A stretch of DNA of 64,000 nucleotides from an uncultured Thermomicrobia bacterium (GTDB lineage Bacteria; Chloroflexota; Chloroflexia; Thermomicrobiales; JALYUS01). Made by a program: the position numbers and the translations under genes. Shown piece after piece: positions 27,578 through 36,725 of this stretch. The stretch spans positions 14,201 through 78,200 of the forward strand of contig CALBSO010000015.1 in the NCBI GenBank assembly GCA_937968015.1, given 5' to 3'. Position 1 is the stretch's first letter. Every line of letters begins with the position of its first letter. Below the pieces are notes generated by a model. The model worked only from the letters and a program-made list of their open reading frames with translations. It did not search any database and had not been told where the DNA came from.

Positions 27578-29337
27578 TGCTGTTACAACGCCTCAGCGAG
27601 TACGCCGACCGCATCGGCCTGCCACCCACGCTGTACAACGAAACGCCCATCGCCTCTATCATCGACCTTGACGGAGGGAACGGGCGGGCGACGCTCATTT
27701 CCACAGTCAACCCCGCGAACCCGCGCGAAAAGCGCGGCATCCGTCGCCTCGCCCCGCAGGTGGCTCGCGCAGTCGGCATCAAGCCTCTCCTGCTCGCGGA
27801 CAATGCGGAATATACCTTCGGCCTCCCACGTCCAGTAAAGCCGGAGGATACGAATGTGGAGAAAGAGGCGAAAAGACTCGTACGTGTCGCGGAGTGTCAC
27901 GAGCAGTACATGGATATCCTCACCCGTTGCGCGACGACGACGCGCGAACCAGCAGTCGAGGCCGTCCGCGCCTTTCTCGCGTCACCGGATGCGGCGGCGC
28001 AACTCGACTTGCCGGATGATTTCGACCGGGGCGGCCTCGTCACCTTCCGGGTGCATGGAGTGTTTCCTACCGATCTCCCCGCCGTGCAAGCCTTCTGGGC
28101 GACGGAGCACGATCCAGCCGCCTCTACCACTCAACCGATCCGCACGATGCAATGCCTCGTCTGCGGTCAGGAACGCCCGGTGCTGGAGCGGTTGCAGGGG
28201 AAAATTAAGGGCGTCCCAAATGGCCAACAGGCGGGCACGTCGATCATCTCCGCGAACGCGGACGCTTTCGAGTCGTACGGCTTGGAGGCGTCGCTGATCG
28301 CGCCGACCTGCGCATCGTGCGGTGAGAAGTTCACGAAGGCACTCAATGCGCTGATCGCGGACGAGCAGCATCGCTTCTTCCTCGGCGGCTCGGTCTTCGT
28401 CTTCTGGACGCGCGAGCCGACGACCTTCTCGCTGCTCGACACCTTGAACACCCCGGACCCCGCGACAGTCAAGCGGCTGCTGGCGTCGCTGGGGCGCGGC
28501 GAGGAAACGCTTGGAGTGGACCCGAACGCCTTCTATGCCGTCTCGCTCTCCGGAAGCGGCGGGCGTGCGGTGGTGCGCGACTGGATCGACACCACGGTTG
28601 GCGATGTGCAGCAGCATCTCGCACAGTGGTTCGTGGGGCAACGGATTACGGGGGGGCAGCGGGAGCCGTTCGAGCCTTTAGGGATCTTCTCACTCGCTGC
28701 GGCTACGGTACGGGAATCGAAAGATTTGATGCCACAAACAGCTCGCACGCTACTCCACGCCGCCCTTACAGGCACCCCGTTACCGTCGGATATTCTCGCA
28801 CAGGCGGTGCGTCGCAACCGCGTGGAGCAGCGTGTCACACGGCCCCGTGCGGCACTGATAAAACTTGTTCTTAGCAGCCTCGGCAGAATTCAGGAGGGAG
28901 AGATGGAAGAACTAAACCCGGATTACGATCACCCCGCGTATCTCTGTGGGCGACTGCTCGCTGTCCTGGCAGATTTGCAGCAAGAAGCGATTGGCAAGCT
29001 GAATGCGGGTGTTGACGACCGCTTCTTTGGGATGGCGCAATCCGCTCCTGCGCTTGTCTTCCCGCGCCTGATGACGCTAGCGAAGAGCCATCTCGCCAAA
29101 ATCGAGCGCGACAAGCGCGGTGCGTATTTCCGCATTCAAGGACAACTGGACGACCTCATGCCGAAGTTGGCCGCGAAATATCCACGCACGCTCACTCTCG
29201 AGGAACAGGGACGGTTTGGCATTGGATACTTCCATCAAGTGGCGGCGAACCGTACTGGTGCGAAGGAGGGTGGCGAACGCAGGCGAGCACGACAGGCGGA
29301 ATTGACTCTCGTAGCCGATGGCGAGAATAAGGAATGA
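27577..29337 (+). CDS. cas8c: Cas8c/Csd1 large subunit
   Basis: TGATG overlap with cas5. MLLQRLSEYADRIG start. Position and size (586 aa) fit the I-C operon. Confidence 0.88.
   Translation: MLLQRLSEYADRIGLPPTLYNETPIASIIDLDGGNGRATLISTVNPANPREKRGIRRLAPQVARAVGIKPLLLADNAEYTFGLPRPVKPEDTNVEKEAKRLVRVAECHEQYMDILTRCATTTREPAVEAVRAFLASPDAAAQLDLPDDFDRGGLVTFRVHGVFPTDLPAVQAFWATEHDPAASTTQPIRTMQCLVCGQERPVLERLQGKIKGVPNGQQAGTSIISANADAFESYGLEASLIAPTCASCGEKFTKALNALIADEQHRFFLGGSVFVFWTREPTTFSLLDTLNTPDPATVKRLLASLGRGEETLGVDPNAFYAVSLSGSGGRAVVRDWIDTTVGDVQQHLAQWFVGQRITGGQREPFEPLGIFSLAAATVRESKDLMPQTARTLLHAALTGTPLPSDILAQAVRRNRVEQRVTRPRAALIKLVLSSLGRIQEGEMEELNPDYDHPAYLCGRLLAVLADLQQEAIGKLNAGVDDRFFGMAQSAPALVFPRLMTLAKSHLAKIERDKRGAYFRIQGQLDDLMPKLAAKYPRTLTLEEQGRFGIGYFHQVAANRTGAKEGGERRRARQAELTLVADGENKE
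28903..29337 (+). CDS. cas11: Predicted Cas11c small subunit from an internal in-frame start within cas8c
   Basis: AGGAGGGAG (28892-28900) lies 2 nt before in-frame ATG 28903, giving a 144-aa product MEELNPDYDHPAYLCGRLLAVLADLQ.... Internal Cas11 translation is established for type I-C. Confidence 0.55.
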   Translation: MEELNPDYDHPAYLCGRLLAVLADLQQEAIGKLNAGVDDRFFGMAQSAPALVFPRLMTLAKSHLAKIERDKRGAYFRIQGQLDDLMPKLAAKYPRTLTLEEQGRFGIGYFHQVAANRTGAKEGGERRRARQAELTLVADGENKE

Positions 29338-29385
29338 TCATCATCGAGCAATCGATGGCTGTTCAGGTGTAAGGGAGAAACTACG

Positions 29386-30303
29386 ATGGCAACGATACAG
29401 GACGTCTACACTGATGTGAATCGCCGCCACGACTTCGTGATGCTCTTCGACGTAACCGACGGCAATCCGAACGGCGATCCGGACGCAGGTAACGCCCCAC
29501 GCGTGGACCCAGAGAGTTTGCAGGGTCTTGTCACCGACGTGGCGATCAAGCGCAAAGTGCGCGACTACGTGGAAGTGGCAATAGGTGATGAAGCACGGTT
29601 CAAGATCTATGTCCAGAGTGGTCATGCGCTCAACGACCAGCATCAGCGGGCGTATACCGATCTTGGTCTCAAGTCTTCAGGTACAAGGCAGGATCGCAGT
29701 GATGTAGAAAAGGCACGCAAGTGGATGTGCGACAACTTCTACGATATCCGCATGTTCGGCGCGGTAATGACCACGGGAGTGAACTGCGGACAGGTACGCG
29801 GTCCGTTGCAGCTGACCTTTGCGCGGTCGCACGATCAAATTCTCTCGCTCGATGTGACCATTACCCGTATCGCGGTGACGAAGCCGGATGATATGAAGGT
29901 TGTCGTCTCCGAAGAAGGTGAGGGGAAGAGCGGTAAGAACACCGAGATTGGGCGCAAGGCCATAGTGCCGTACGGGCTGTACCGCGCGCATGGGTTCTTC
30001 AACCCGAATTACGCGAAGGATACTGGCGCGACGGCGGAAGACCTCGATCTCTTCTGGCAGGCGATTCAGCAGATGTGGGATCTCGATCATTCGGCGGCGC
30101 GCGGGATGATGTCGTGCCGAGGGCTGTATGTCTTCTCCCACGAAAGTCATCTCGGCAACGCGCCCGCGCACAAACTGTTCGAGCGCATCACGGTGACACG
30201 CAAGCCAGAAGTTGTGGCGCCGCGCTCCTTCGGTGATTACACCGTGACGGTCAACGACACGGAACTGCCCACCGGTGTCTCGCTGACGGCGCTGGTTGGG
30301 TAA
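29386..30303 (+). CDS. cas7: Cas7c/Csd2 backbone subunit
   Basis: HDFVMLFDVTDGNPNGDPDAGNAPRVDPESLQGLVTDVAIKRKVRDY is the canonical Csd2 motif. Confidence 0.93.
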   Translation: MATIQDVYTDVNRRHDFVMLFDVTDGNPNGDPDAGNAPRVDPESLQGLVTDVAIKRKVRDYVEVAIGDEARFKIYVQSGHALNDQHQRAYTDLGLKSSGTRQDRSDVEKARKWMCDNFYDIRMFGAVMTTGVNCGQVRGPLQLTFARSHDQILSLDVTITRIAVTKPDDMKVVVSEEGEGKSGKNTEIGRKAIVPYGLYRAHGFFNPNYAKDTGATAEDLDLFWQAIQQMWDLDHSAARGMMSCRGLYVFSHESHLGNAPAHKLFERITVTRKPEVVAPRSFGDYTVTVNDTELPTGVSLTALVG

Positions 30304-30307
30304 TGCG

Positions 30308-30949
30308 ATGCACACGCTTGATGATGACCTCGTGCTGGTGCCGATCTCCGCCATCGAGCACTACAGTTACTGCCCGCGGCAGTGCGCGCTGATCCATGTA
30401 GAGCAGACGTACGACGAGAACCTCTACACGATGCGCGGCAAGCACGCGCATGAGCGGGTCCACACCGTCGGCGGCGAGGTGCGCCGGGGCGTGACGGTGC
30501 GGCGCGGGCTGTCGCTCTGGTCGCGGCGGCTGCACCTGACGGGCAAGGCGGATGCGGTCGAGTTCCACGGCGGCGTGCCGTATCCGGTGGAGTACAAAGT
30601 CGGGGCGCGCAAGGCGGGTGGGCATGAGGAACTGCAACTCTGCGCGCAGGCGCTCTGCCTGGAGGAGATGTTCGGCATGGCGGTGCCGGAGGGGGCGATC
30701 TATTACCACGCGAGCCGCCAGCGACAAGCGATTCCGCTTGATGCCGCGCTGCGGGAGCGGACGGAGGAAGTCATCATGGCGATCCGCCAGATGCTCGACG
30801 CGAGCCGCCTGCCCGCCGCGCCGAACGACGCGCGCTGCCGCCACTGCTCGCTCTTCGAGTCCTGTCTGCCGGGCGTCGTCAGTGGCACGGCGGCGGAGCG
30901 GCGCTATCACGCCGAACTGTTCGTCATCGCGCCGGGGGCGGACGGATAA
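30308..30949 (+). CDS. cas4: Cas4 (RecB-like nuclease, 4-Cys)
   Basis: ISAIEHYSYCPRQCAL, GKADAVEF...PVEYKVG, CRHCSLFESC. Confidence 0.92.
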   Translation: MHTLDDDLVLVPISAIEHYSYCPRQCALIHVEQTYDENLYTMRGKHAHERVHTVGGEVRRGVTVRRGLSLWSRRLHLTGKADAVEFHGGVPYPVEYKVGARKAGGHEELQLCAQALCLEEMFGMAVPEGAIYYHASRQRQAIPLDAALRERTEEVIMAIRQMLDASRLPAAPNDARCRHCSLFESCLPGVVSGTAAERRYHAELFVIAPGADG

Positions 30950-30967
30950 AGGGAGGGGAGGAAGGCG

Positions 30968-31999
30968 ATGCATCAGGCGCTCAACACGCTCTATGTGATG
31001 ACGCAAGGCACCTACGCGCATCTCGATCACGATACGGTGCGGCTCGAAGTGGAGCGGGAGACGGTGCTGCGCGTGCCGCTCCTCCAACTCGGCGCAGTCG
31101 TCTGCTTCGGCAATGTTCTCGTCAGCCCGATGCTCATGCACCGCTGTGCGGAGGATGGGCGGTCGGTCGTGCTGCTTGACCGGAACGGCCGGTTCAAGGC
31201 GCGGGTAGAGGGGCCGGTGAGCGGCAATGTGCTGCTGCGGCAGGCGCAGTATGCGGCACTGACGACCGACGCCCGCGCGCTGGACATCGCCCGCTGTTTC
31301 GTGGCGGCGAAACTGCAGAACGCGCGACAGGTGCTGTTGCGCGCGGCGCGGGAGGCGGTGCAGCCCGACGATGTCGCCTTGCTCGGCGCGGCGACGAGGG
31401 AAATCGCCGAGGGGCTGACTGCCGCCGGGGAATGCCACGATCTCGATACATTGCGGGGGTGCGAGGGGAACGCCGCGCGTGTGTATTTCTCCGTTTTCGA
31501 CCGGATGATCCGCGACGACCGCGAGGTGTTCGCGCTCCGTGGGCGCTCGCGCCGGCCGCCGCTCGACCGGACGAATGCGGTGCTCTCGTTCTGCTATACC
31601 CTCGTGCTCGCGGATTGCGTCGCGGCGGTGGCAGGGGTGGGGCTCGACCCGCAGATCGGTTTCCTGCACGCGCTCCGGCCGGGACGGCCCGCGTTGGGGC
31701 TTGACCTGCTCGAAGAGTTGCGCGCCTCGGTGGCGGACCGTCTCGTGCTGACGCTGATCAACCGGCGACAACTCCAGCGCGATGATTTCGAGGAGCAGCC
31801 GGGCGGGGCGGTGTACCTTTCGGAGTCGGGGCGGCGCACAGTCGTGATCGCGTATCAGGAGCGCAAGAAGGAGGAGGTGCCCCATCGCCTGCTCGGCAAG
31901 AAGATCCCCCTCGGCCTCGTGCCGCATGTACAGGCCCGGCTGCTGGCGCGGCACCTGCGCGGCGACCTCGAACACTATCCGGCGTTCATGATTCGCTGA
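30968..31999 (+). CDS. cas1: Cas1 integrase
   Basis: LNTLYVMTQGTYAHLDHDTVRL start. Conserved FLHALRPGRPALGLDLLEELR block. Confidence 0.93.
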   Translation: MHQALNTLYVMTQGTYAHLDHDTVRLEVERETVLRVPLLQLGAVVCFGNVLVSPMLMHRCAEDGRSVVLLDRNGRFKARVEGPVSGNVLLRQAQYAALTTDARALDIARCFVAAKLQNARQVLLRAAREAVQPDDVALLGAATREIAEGLTAAGECHDLDTLRGCEGNAARVYFSVFDRMIRDDREVFALRGRSRRPPLDRTNAVLSFCYTLVLADCVAAVAGVGLDPQIGFLHALRPGRPALGLDLLEELRASVADRLVLTLINRRQLQRDDFEEQPGGAVYLSESGRRTVVIAYQERKKEEVPHRLLGKKIPLGLVPHVQARLLARHLRGDLEHYPAFMIR

Positions 32000-32013
32000 A
32001 GCGGGGGGTGGGC

Positions 32014-32304
32014 ATGGAAGTGCTGATCACGTATGATGTCGCCACCGATTCGCGCGAGGGTCGCCGACGGCTCCGGCATGTAGCGGAAACGTGCGTTGGC
32101 TTCGGCCAGCGGGTACAGAAGTCCGTCTTTGAGTGCAGCCTAACCGCCGTCCAGATGGAGGAATTGTTGCACCGCTTGCTCAGTATCATTGACGAAGACG
32201 AGGACAGTCTGCGCGTCTATCGGCTCCGGGAACCGCGTGAACGTTTCCGCAGCATCTATGGCCTACGGCCGGAGGTGAACTTCGGTGATCCACTCATCAT
32301 TTGA
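32014..32304 (+). CDS. cas2: Cas2
   Basis: MEVLITYDVATDSREGRRRLRHVAETCVGFGQRVQKSVFEC. Confidence 0.92.
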   Translation: MEVLITYDVATDSREGRRRLRHVAETCVGFGQRVQKSVFECSLTAVQMEELLHRLLSIIDEDEDSLRVYRLREPRERFRSIYGLRPEVNFGDPLII

Positions 32305-32483
32305 GCCGCGCGAACGTGGTGTGATGGCCGACAGGCAGGAGGTTCGCGCACGGAAATTCGCCAACCATAGCAACCGATCCGCCATCCGGCGCGATTCATG
32401 CCCGTTGCAAATCGGTCGCGCGACGGGAGGTTCGCGCGGAAAAGCCGAGGAATGCTTGTATAGCAAGAAAAATCCCTAGCACC
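32305..32483 (+). promoter_or_regulatory. CRISPR leader
   Basis: 179 nt between the cas2 stop and repeat 1. Contains a duplicated GGAGGTTCGCGC(A)CGGAAA motif (32338-32356 and 32427-32444) and an A-rich tract before repeat 1. Confidence 0.75.
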
Positions 32484-35369
32484 GTCGCACCCGGCCTTGC
32501 GACCGGGTGAGGATTGAAACGCCATCGCCCGCGTGCTCGAAGGCGTCCACCCCAATGTCGCACCCGGCCTTGCGACCGGGTGAGGATTGAAACCGATTGA
32601 CCGGATCGAAAAGGAGATCGTCAACGAGTCGCACCCGGCCTTGCGACCGGGTGAGGATTGAAACATCGAGCGGCCTCTGCCGACCATTGTACGGGCAAGT
32701 CGCACCCGGCCTTGCGACCGGGTGAGGATTGAAACCGAACCAAACAGATCGCCCCGGCCTCCCCCAATCGTGTCGCACCCGGCCTTGCGACCGGGTGAGG
32801 ATTGAAACACACACGGGTTGTGCGCCTTGTAGGGCGCGAGCGGTCGCACCCGGCCTTGCGACCGGGTGAGGATTGAAACGTGTCAAGAGGGGGGTGTGAG
32901 TACATGGCGAGAATCGTCGCACCCGGCCTTGCGACCGGGTGAGGATTGAAACGACGAGCACGGGCAATCGGAACGCGTCATCATCGTCACGTCGCACCCG
33001 GCCTTGCGACCGGGTGAGGATTGAAACGTATTGTTGAGGAGCGCCGTGTAGCCGTCATAGGAGGCGTCGCACCCGGCCTTGCGACCGGGTGAGGATTGAA
33101 ACGTCGCCGTTCGCCCGCTTGCCGATTGCCAGTACAGGAGTCGCACCCGGCCTTGCGACCGGGTGAGGATTGAAACAGCATCCTCGGCGCGGATCGAGTG
33201 ATACGGCGTATGAGTCGCACCCGGCCTTGCGACCGGGTGAGGATTGAAACGTGTTCGGCGGGGTGGGAATGAGCCGGTATGTGCGCGTGTCGCACCCGGC
33301 CTTGCGACCGGGTGAGGATTGAAACACGGCACATCGATGTGCGGCGGCATGCCGGCGGGCTGCGCGATGCGGGTCGCACCCGGCCTTGCGACCGGGTGAG
33401 GATTGAAACACGGCACGGCGACGGCGCCGGCGGGGGGGACGGTCTTGTCGCACCCGGCCTTGCGACCGGGTGAGGATTGAAACTGCGACTGGCAGCGCGA
33501 GGTGATTGACGCCGCGCTCGTCGCACCCGGCCTTGCGACCGGGTGAGGATTGAAACACAAGGCCGTCAGGGAAGCGCGAGTGTATGCAGACCTGTCGCAC
33601 CCGGCCTTGCGACCGGGTGAGGATTGAAACTAGTACCACCAGTCCCTTCCCCGCCGCATTTGCACCCGTCGCACCCGGCCTTGCGACCGGGTGAGGATTG
33701 AAACAACTCATGCAGGAGGCAGGAGCGTTGGCAGAACAGGCGTCGCACCCGGCCTTGCGACCGGGTGAGGATTGAAACCATTGCCACCCGGCACCCACGA
33801 GCCGACATGCCAGTCGCACCCGGCCTTGCGACCGGGTGAGGATTGAAACAAGTCGGCGACATGATTGTCAATGCATCGGGCATGTCGCACCCGGCCTTGC
33901 GACCGGGTGAGGATTGAAACCGCAAGCGACGAATGATGGCTTGGTTTGAACGTTGTCGCACCCGGCCTTGCGACCGGGTGAGGATTGAAACCCACTCCAC
34001 GCGACCCCGCCTGAGATGCTCATTCGTCGCACCCGGCCTTGCGACCGGGTGAGGATTGAAACATACCGCGAAGTGGAAGAAACACTACCACGACCTCGTC
34101 GCACCCGGCCTTGCGACCGGGTGAGGATTGAAACTTCTGGTGAGGGGGATTGTTTTCATGTTAGGAGACGTCGCACCCGGCCTTGCGACCGGGTGAGGAT
34201 TGAAACGGCTACATGATCGAGCGAAAGCAGCCCCGCCGCAAGGTCGCACCCGGCCTTGCGACCGGGTGAGGATTGAAACACGCCGAGCGCGACGGTGACG
34301 GGGATCGGGCCGAGTCGCACCCGGCCTTGCGACCGGGTGAGGATTGAAACCCCCTGCGTGAAGCCCAAGCCAATCAGGTCGGCGTCGTCGCACCCGGCCT
34401 TGCGACCGGGTGAGGATTGAAACGCCGGTGCGCACGGGAGCGTCCTGTTCGGCAGTCAGTCGCACCCGGCCTTGCGACCGGGTGAGGATTGAAACATTAT
34501 CAGCGTGGCAATCGGCGGGACGCTCCTGGCGATTGTCGCACCCGGCCTTGCGACCGGGTGAGGATTGAAACAGCGCGAGGTCGTAAAGGAGTCGCCGCCG
34601 GGATGAAGTCGCACCCGGCCTTGCGACCGGGTGAGGATTGAAACTCGGCATGGCTCTATGTCCCGACCGGCACGCCGCTCGTCGCACCCGGCCTTGCGAC
34701 CGGGTGAGGATTGAAACATCGCACCGCGATCATTGCTCCCGTCGTGCGGGCGTCGCACCCGGCCTTGCGACCGGGTGAGGATTGAAACCAGCGGAAATAG
34801 TTGCCAGCGCCGGTCGTCAGGGGTCGCACCCGGCCTTGCGACCGGGTGAGGATTGAAACGGCGTGCCAATGAAGCCGCCGTCTGACCCGTTCGCGTCGCA
34901 CCCGGCCTTGCGACCGGGTGAGGATTGAAACTATAAGGCCTGCACTTCTGCCAGTACGTGATTGGTAACGTCGCACCCGGCCTTGCGACCGGGTGAGGAT
35001 TGAAACGCTGTCGGTGACGCGACCGGAGTCGGCGGGGCAGTTGGGTCGCACCCGGCCTTGCGACCGGGTGAGGATTGAAACGACGGCGCGGTGCTGCGCC
35101 CAACGACGGTGGATACGTCGCACCCGGCCTTGCGACCGGGTGAGGATTGAAACCCCTCGGATTGCAGGTACAGGAGTTTGCCAACATGTCGCACCCGGCC
35201 TTGCGACCGGGTGAGGATTGAAACACGAACCAGATGGCGCAGGTGCAGAACGCCATCGACAGTCGCACCCGGCCTTGCGACCGGGTGAGGATTGAAACTT
35301 GCAAGATCACCTCGACGTTCCGACAATCACGCGTCGCACCCGGTCGCAAGGCCGGGTGCTCGTCGAGAC
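32484..35369 (+). CRISPR. Type I-C CRISPR array: 39 identical 37-nt repeats, 1 aberrant terminal repeat, 39 spacers
   Basis: Repeat GTCGCACCCGGCCTTGCGACCGGGTGAGGATTGAAAC, with a 7-bp stem CACCCGG/CCGGGTG and the ATTGAAAC 3' handle. I indexed every unit: spacers are 34-39 nt except one of 47 nt (33326-33372). The terminal unit is 35333-35369. Confidence 0.98.
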
Positions 35370-35435
35370 CGATCATCAGTGACAGGCGTACGATCTCGTG
35401 CGAAACCTGCGATACTGCACGGCACGGAGCGGGGC

Positions 35436-36725
35436 ATGAAACGAAAGGACATGAGAAGCATGGCTGTGGCGACACTGGACCCGATGATCGAGGCCCTCGC
35501 GGAGCGCGTGAGCAGGGAGCGGCGTTACCTGCATATGCATCCGGAACTCGGGCTCCATGAGACGAATACCGCGAACTTCGTCGCGGAGAACCTGCGCGAG
35601 GCGGGCATCCCCTTCCGCACGGGCGTCGGTGGGGACGGACGGCCTTTCTATATGAATGCCGACGCCCTGAAAGTCGCCGGGATCAAGACGCTACCGACGA
35701 CGGGGGGCACGGGCATCGTCGCCACCATCGAAGGCGCACGGCCTGGGAAATGCGTCATCTTGCGCGGTGACATGGACGCGCTGGCGATGCAGGAGGAGAC
35801 AGGCGCGGATTACGCTTCGCTCACGCCGAATGTCATGCACGCCTGCGGGCACGATGTCCACACCGCCGTGATTCTCAATACCGCCCGCGTGCTCTGGGCG
35901 CGCAGGAGTGAGTTCGCGGGGACAGTAAAATTGATGTTCCAGCCTGGCGAGGAAGGATACGGCGGCGCGCGGGCGATGATCGAGGACGGCCTGCTGGAGA
36001 ACCCGACGGTCGACGCCGCCTTCGCCCTCCATGTGGACCCGCAGGTGCCGGTCGGACAGATCGCCTACACGCCGGGGATGGCCAACGCCAACTCCGACCG
36101 CGTCTTCATCCGCGTGCATGGCAAGGGCGGGCACGCCGCCCGGCCGCACAGTGCGGTGGACAGCACGCTCGTCGCGGCGCATATCCTCATCGCGCTCCAA
36201 TCCCTGATCAGCCGTGAGACGGACCCGACCGAATCCGCGGTCATTACCATCGGCACGTTGCAGGCCGGCGTCGGTGCGGCGAATGTCATCCCCGAGTTCG
36301 CGACGCTCTTCGGCACGGTGCGGACGCTGAACCTGGAAGTTCGCGAGCATATCCGCAGGCGCATCCCCGAAGTCGCCTCCCACATCGCGCAAGCGATGGG
36401 TGCGACGGCGGAGACGGCCTATCTCACCGGCTACCCGGCGATGGTCAACAACCCGGCGATGTGCGAGGTGATCCGCCGCGCCGCGCTGCCAATCATCGGC
36501 ATGGAGAATGTGAAGGAGAAGCCGCTCGGCCTCGGCGGTGAGGATTTCTCCTTCGTGCTCGAACAGGTACCCGGTGCGATGATGCGCCTCGGTACCGGAA
36601 ACGCGGAGCGCGGCCTGACCAACGGCGTCCACCACCCCAAATTCGATGTGGACGAGCGCGCCCTCCCCCTCGGTGTCGCCATGATGACTGCGATCGCGAT
36701 GGAATATCTCGGAAGTAACGAGTAA
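35436..36725 (+). CDS. M20D-family amidohydrolase (N-acyl-amino acid / hippurate hydrolase type)
   Basis: RRYLHMHPELGLHETNTANFVAENLREAGIPF, MHACGHDVH, GEEGYGGA. ATG 35436 (alternatives 35451, 35460). The track ORF start at 35292 lies inside the CRISPR array. Confidence 0.88.
   Translation: MKRKDMRSMAVATLDPMIEALAERVSRERRYLHMHPELGLHETNTANFVAENLREAGIPFRTGVGGDGRPFYMNADALKVAGIKTLPTTGGTGIVATIEGARPGKCVILRGDMDALAMQEETGADYASLTPNVMHACGHDVHTAVILNTARVLWARRSEFAGTVKLMFQPGEEGYGGARAMIEDGLLENPTVDAAFALHVDPQVPVGQIAYTPGMANANSDRVFIRVHGKGGHAARPHSAVDSTLVAAHILIALQSLISRETDPTESAVITIGTLQAGVGAANVIPEFATLFGTVRTLNLEVREHIRRRIPEVASHIAQAMGATAETAYLTGYPAMVNNPAMCEVIRRAALPIIGMENVKEKPLGLGGEDFSFVLEQVPGAMMRLGTGNAERGLTNGVHHPKFDVDERALPLGVAMMTAIAMEYLGSNE

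Noticed and set aside
35292-35435. The track ORF for the M20D amidohydrolase starts at 35292, inside the last CRISPR repeats.
   Set aside because: The N-terminal 48 codons translate repeat and spacer sequence. Homology begins near MIEALAERV, so ATG 35436 (or 35451/35460) is the plausible start.
32256-35475. Many 60-340-aa ORFs on both strands across the CRISPR array, with repeating peptides such as FNPHPVARPGAT, SILTRSQGRVR and FQSSPGRKAGCD.
   Set aside because: The repeated peptides are just translations of the 37-nt CRISPR repeat in different frames. The array is non-coding.
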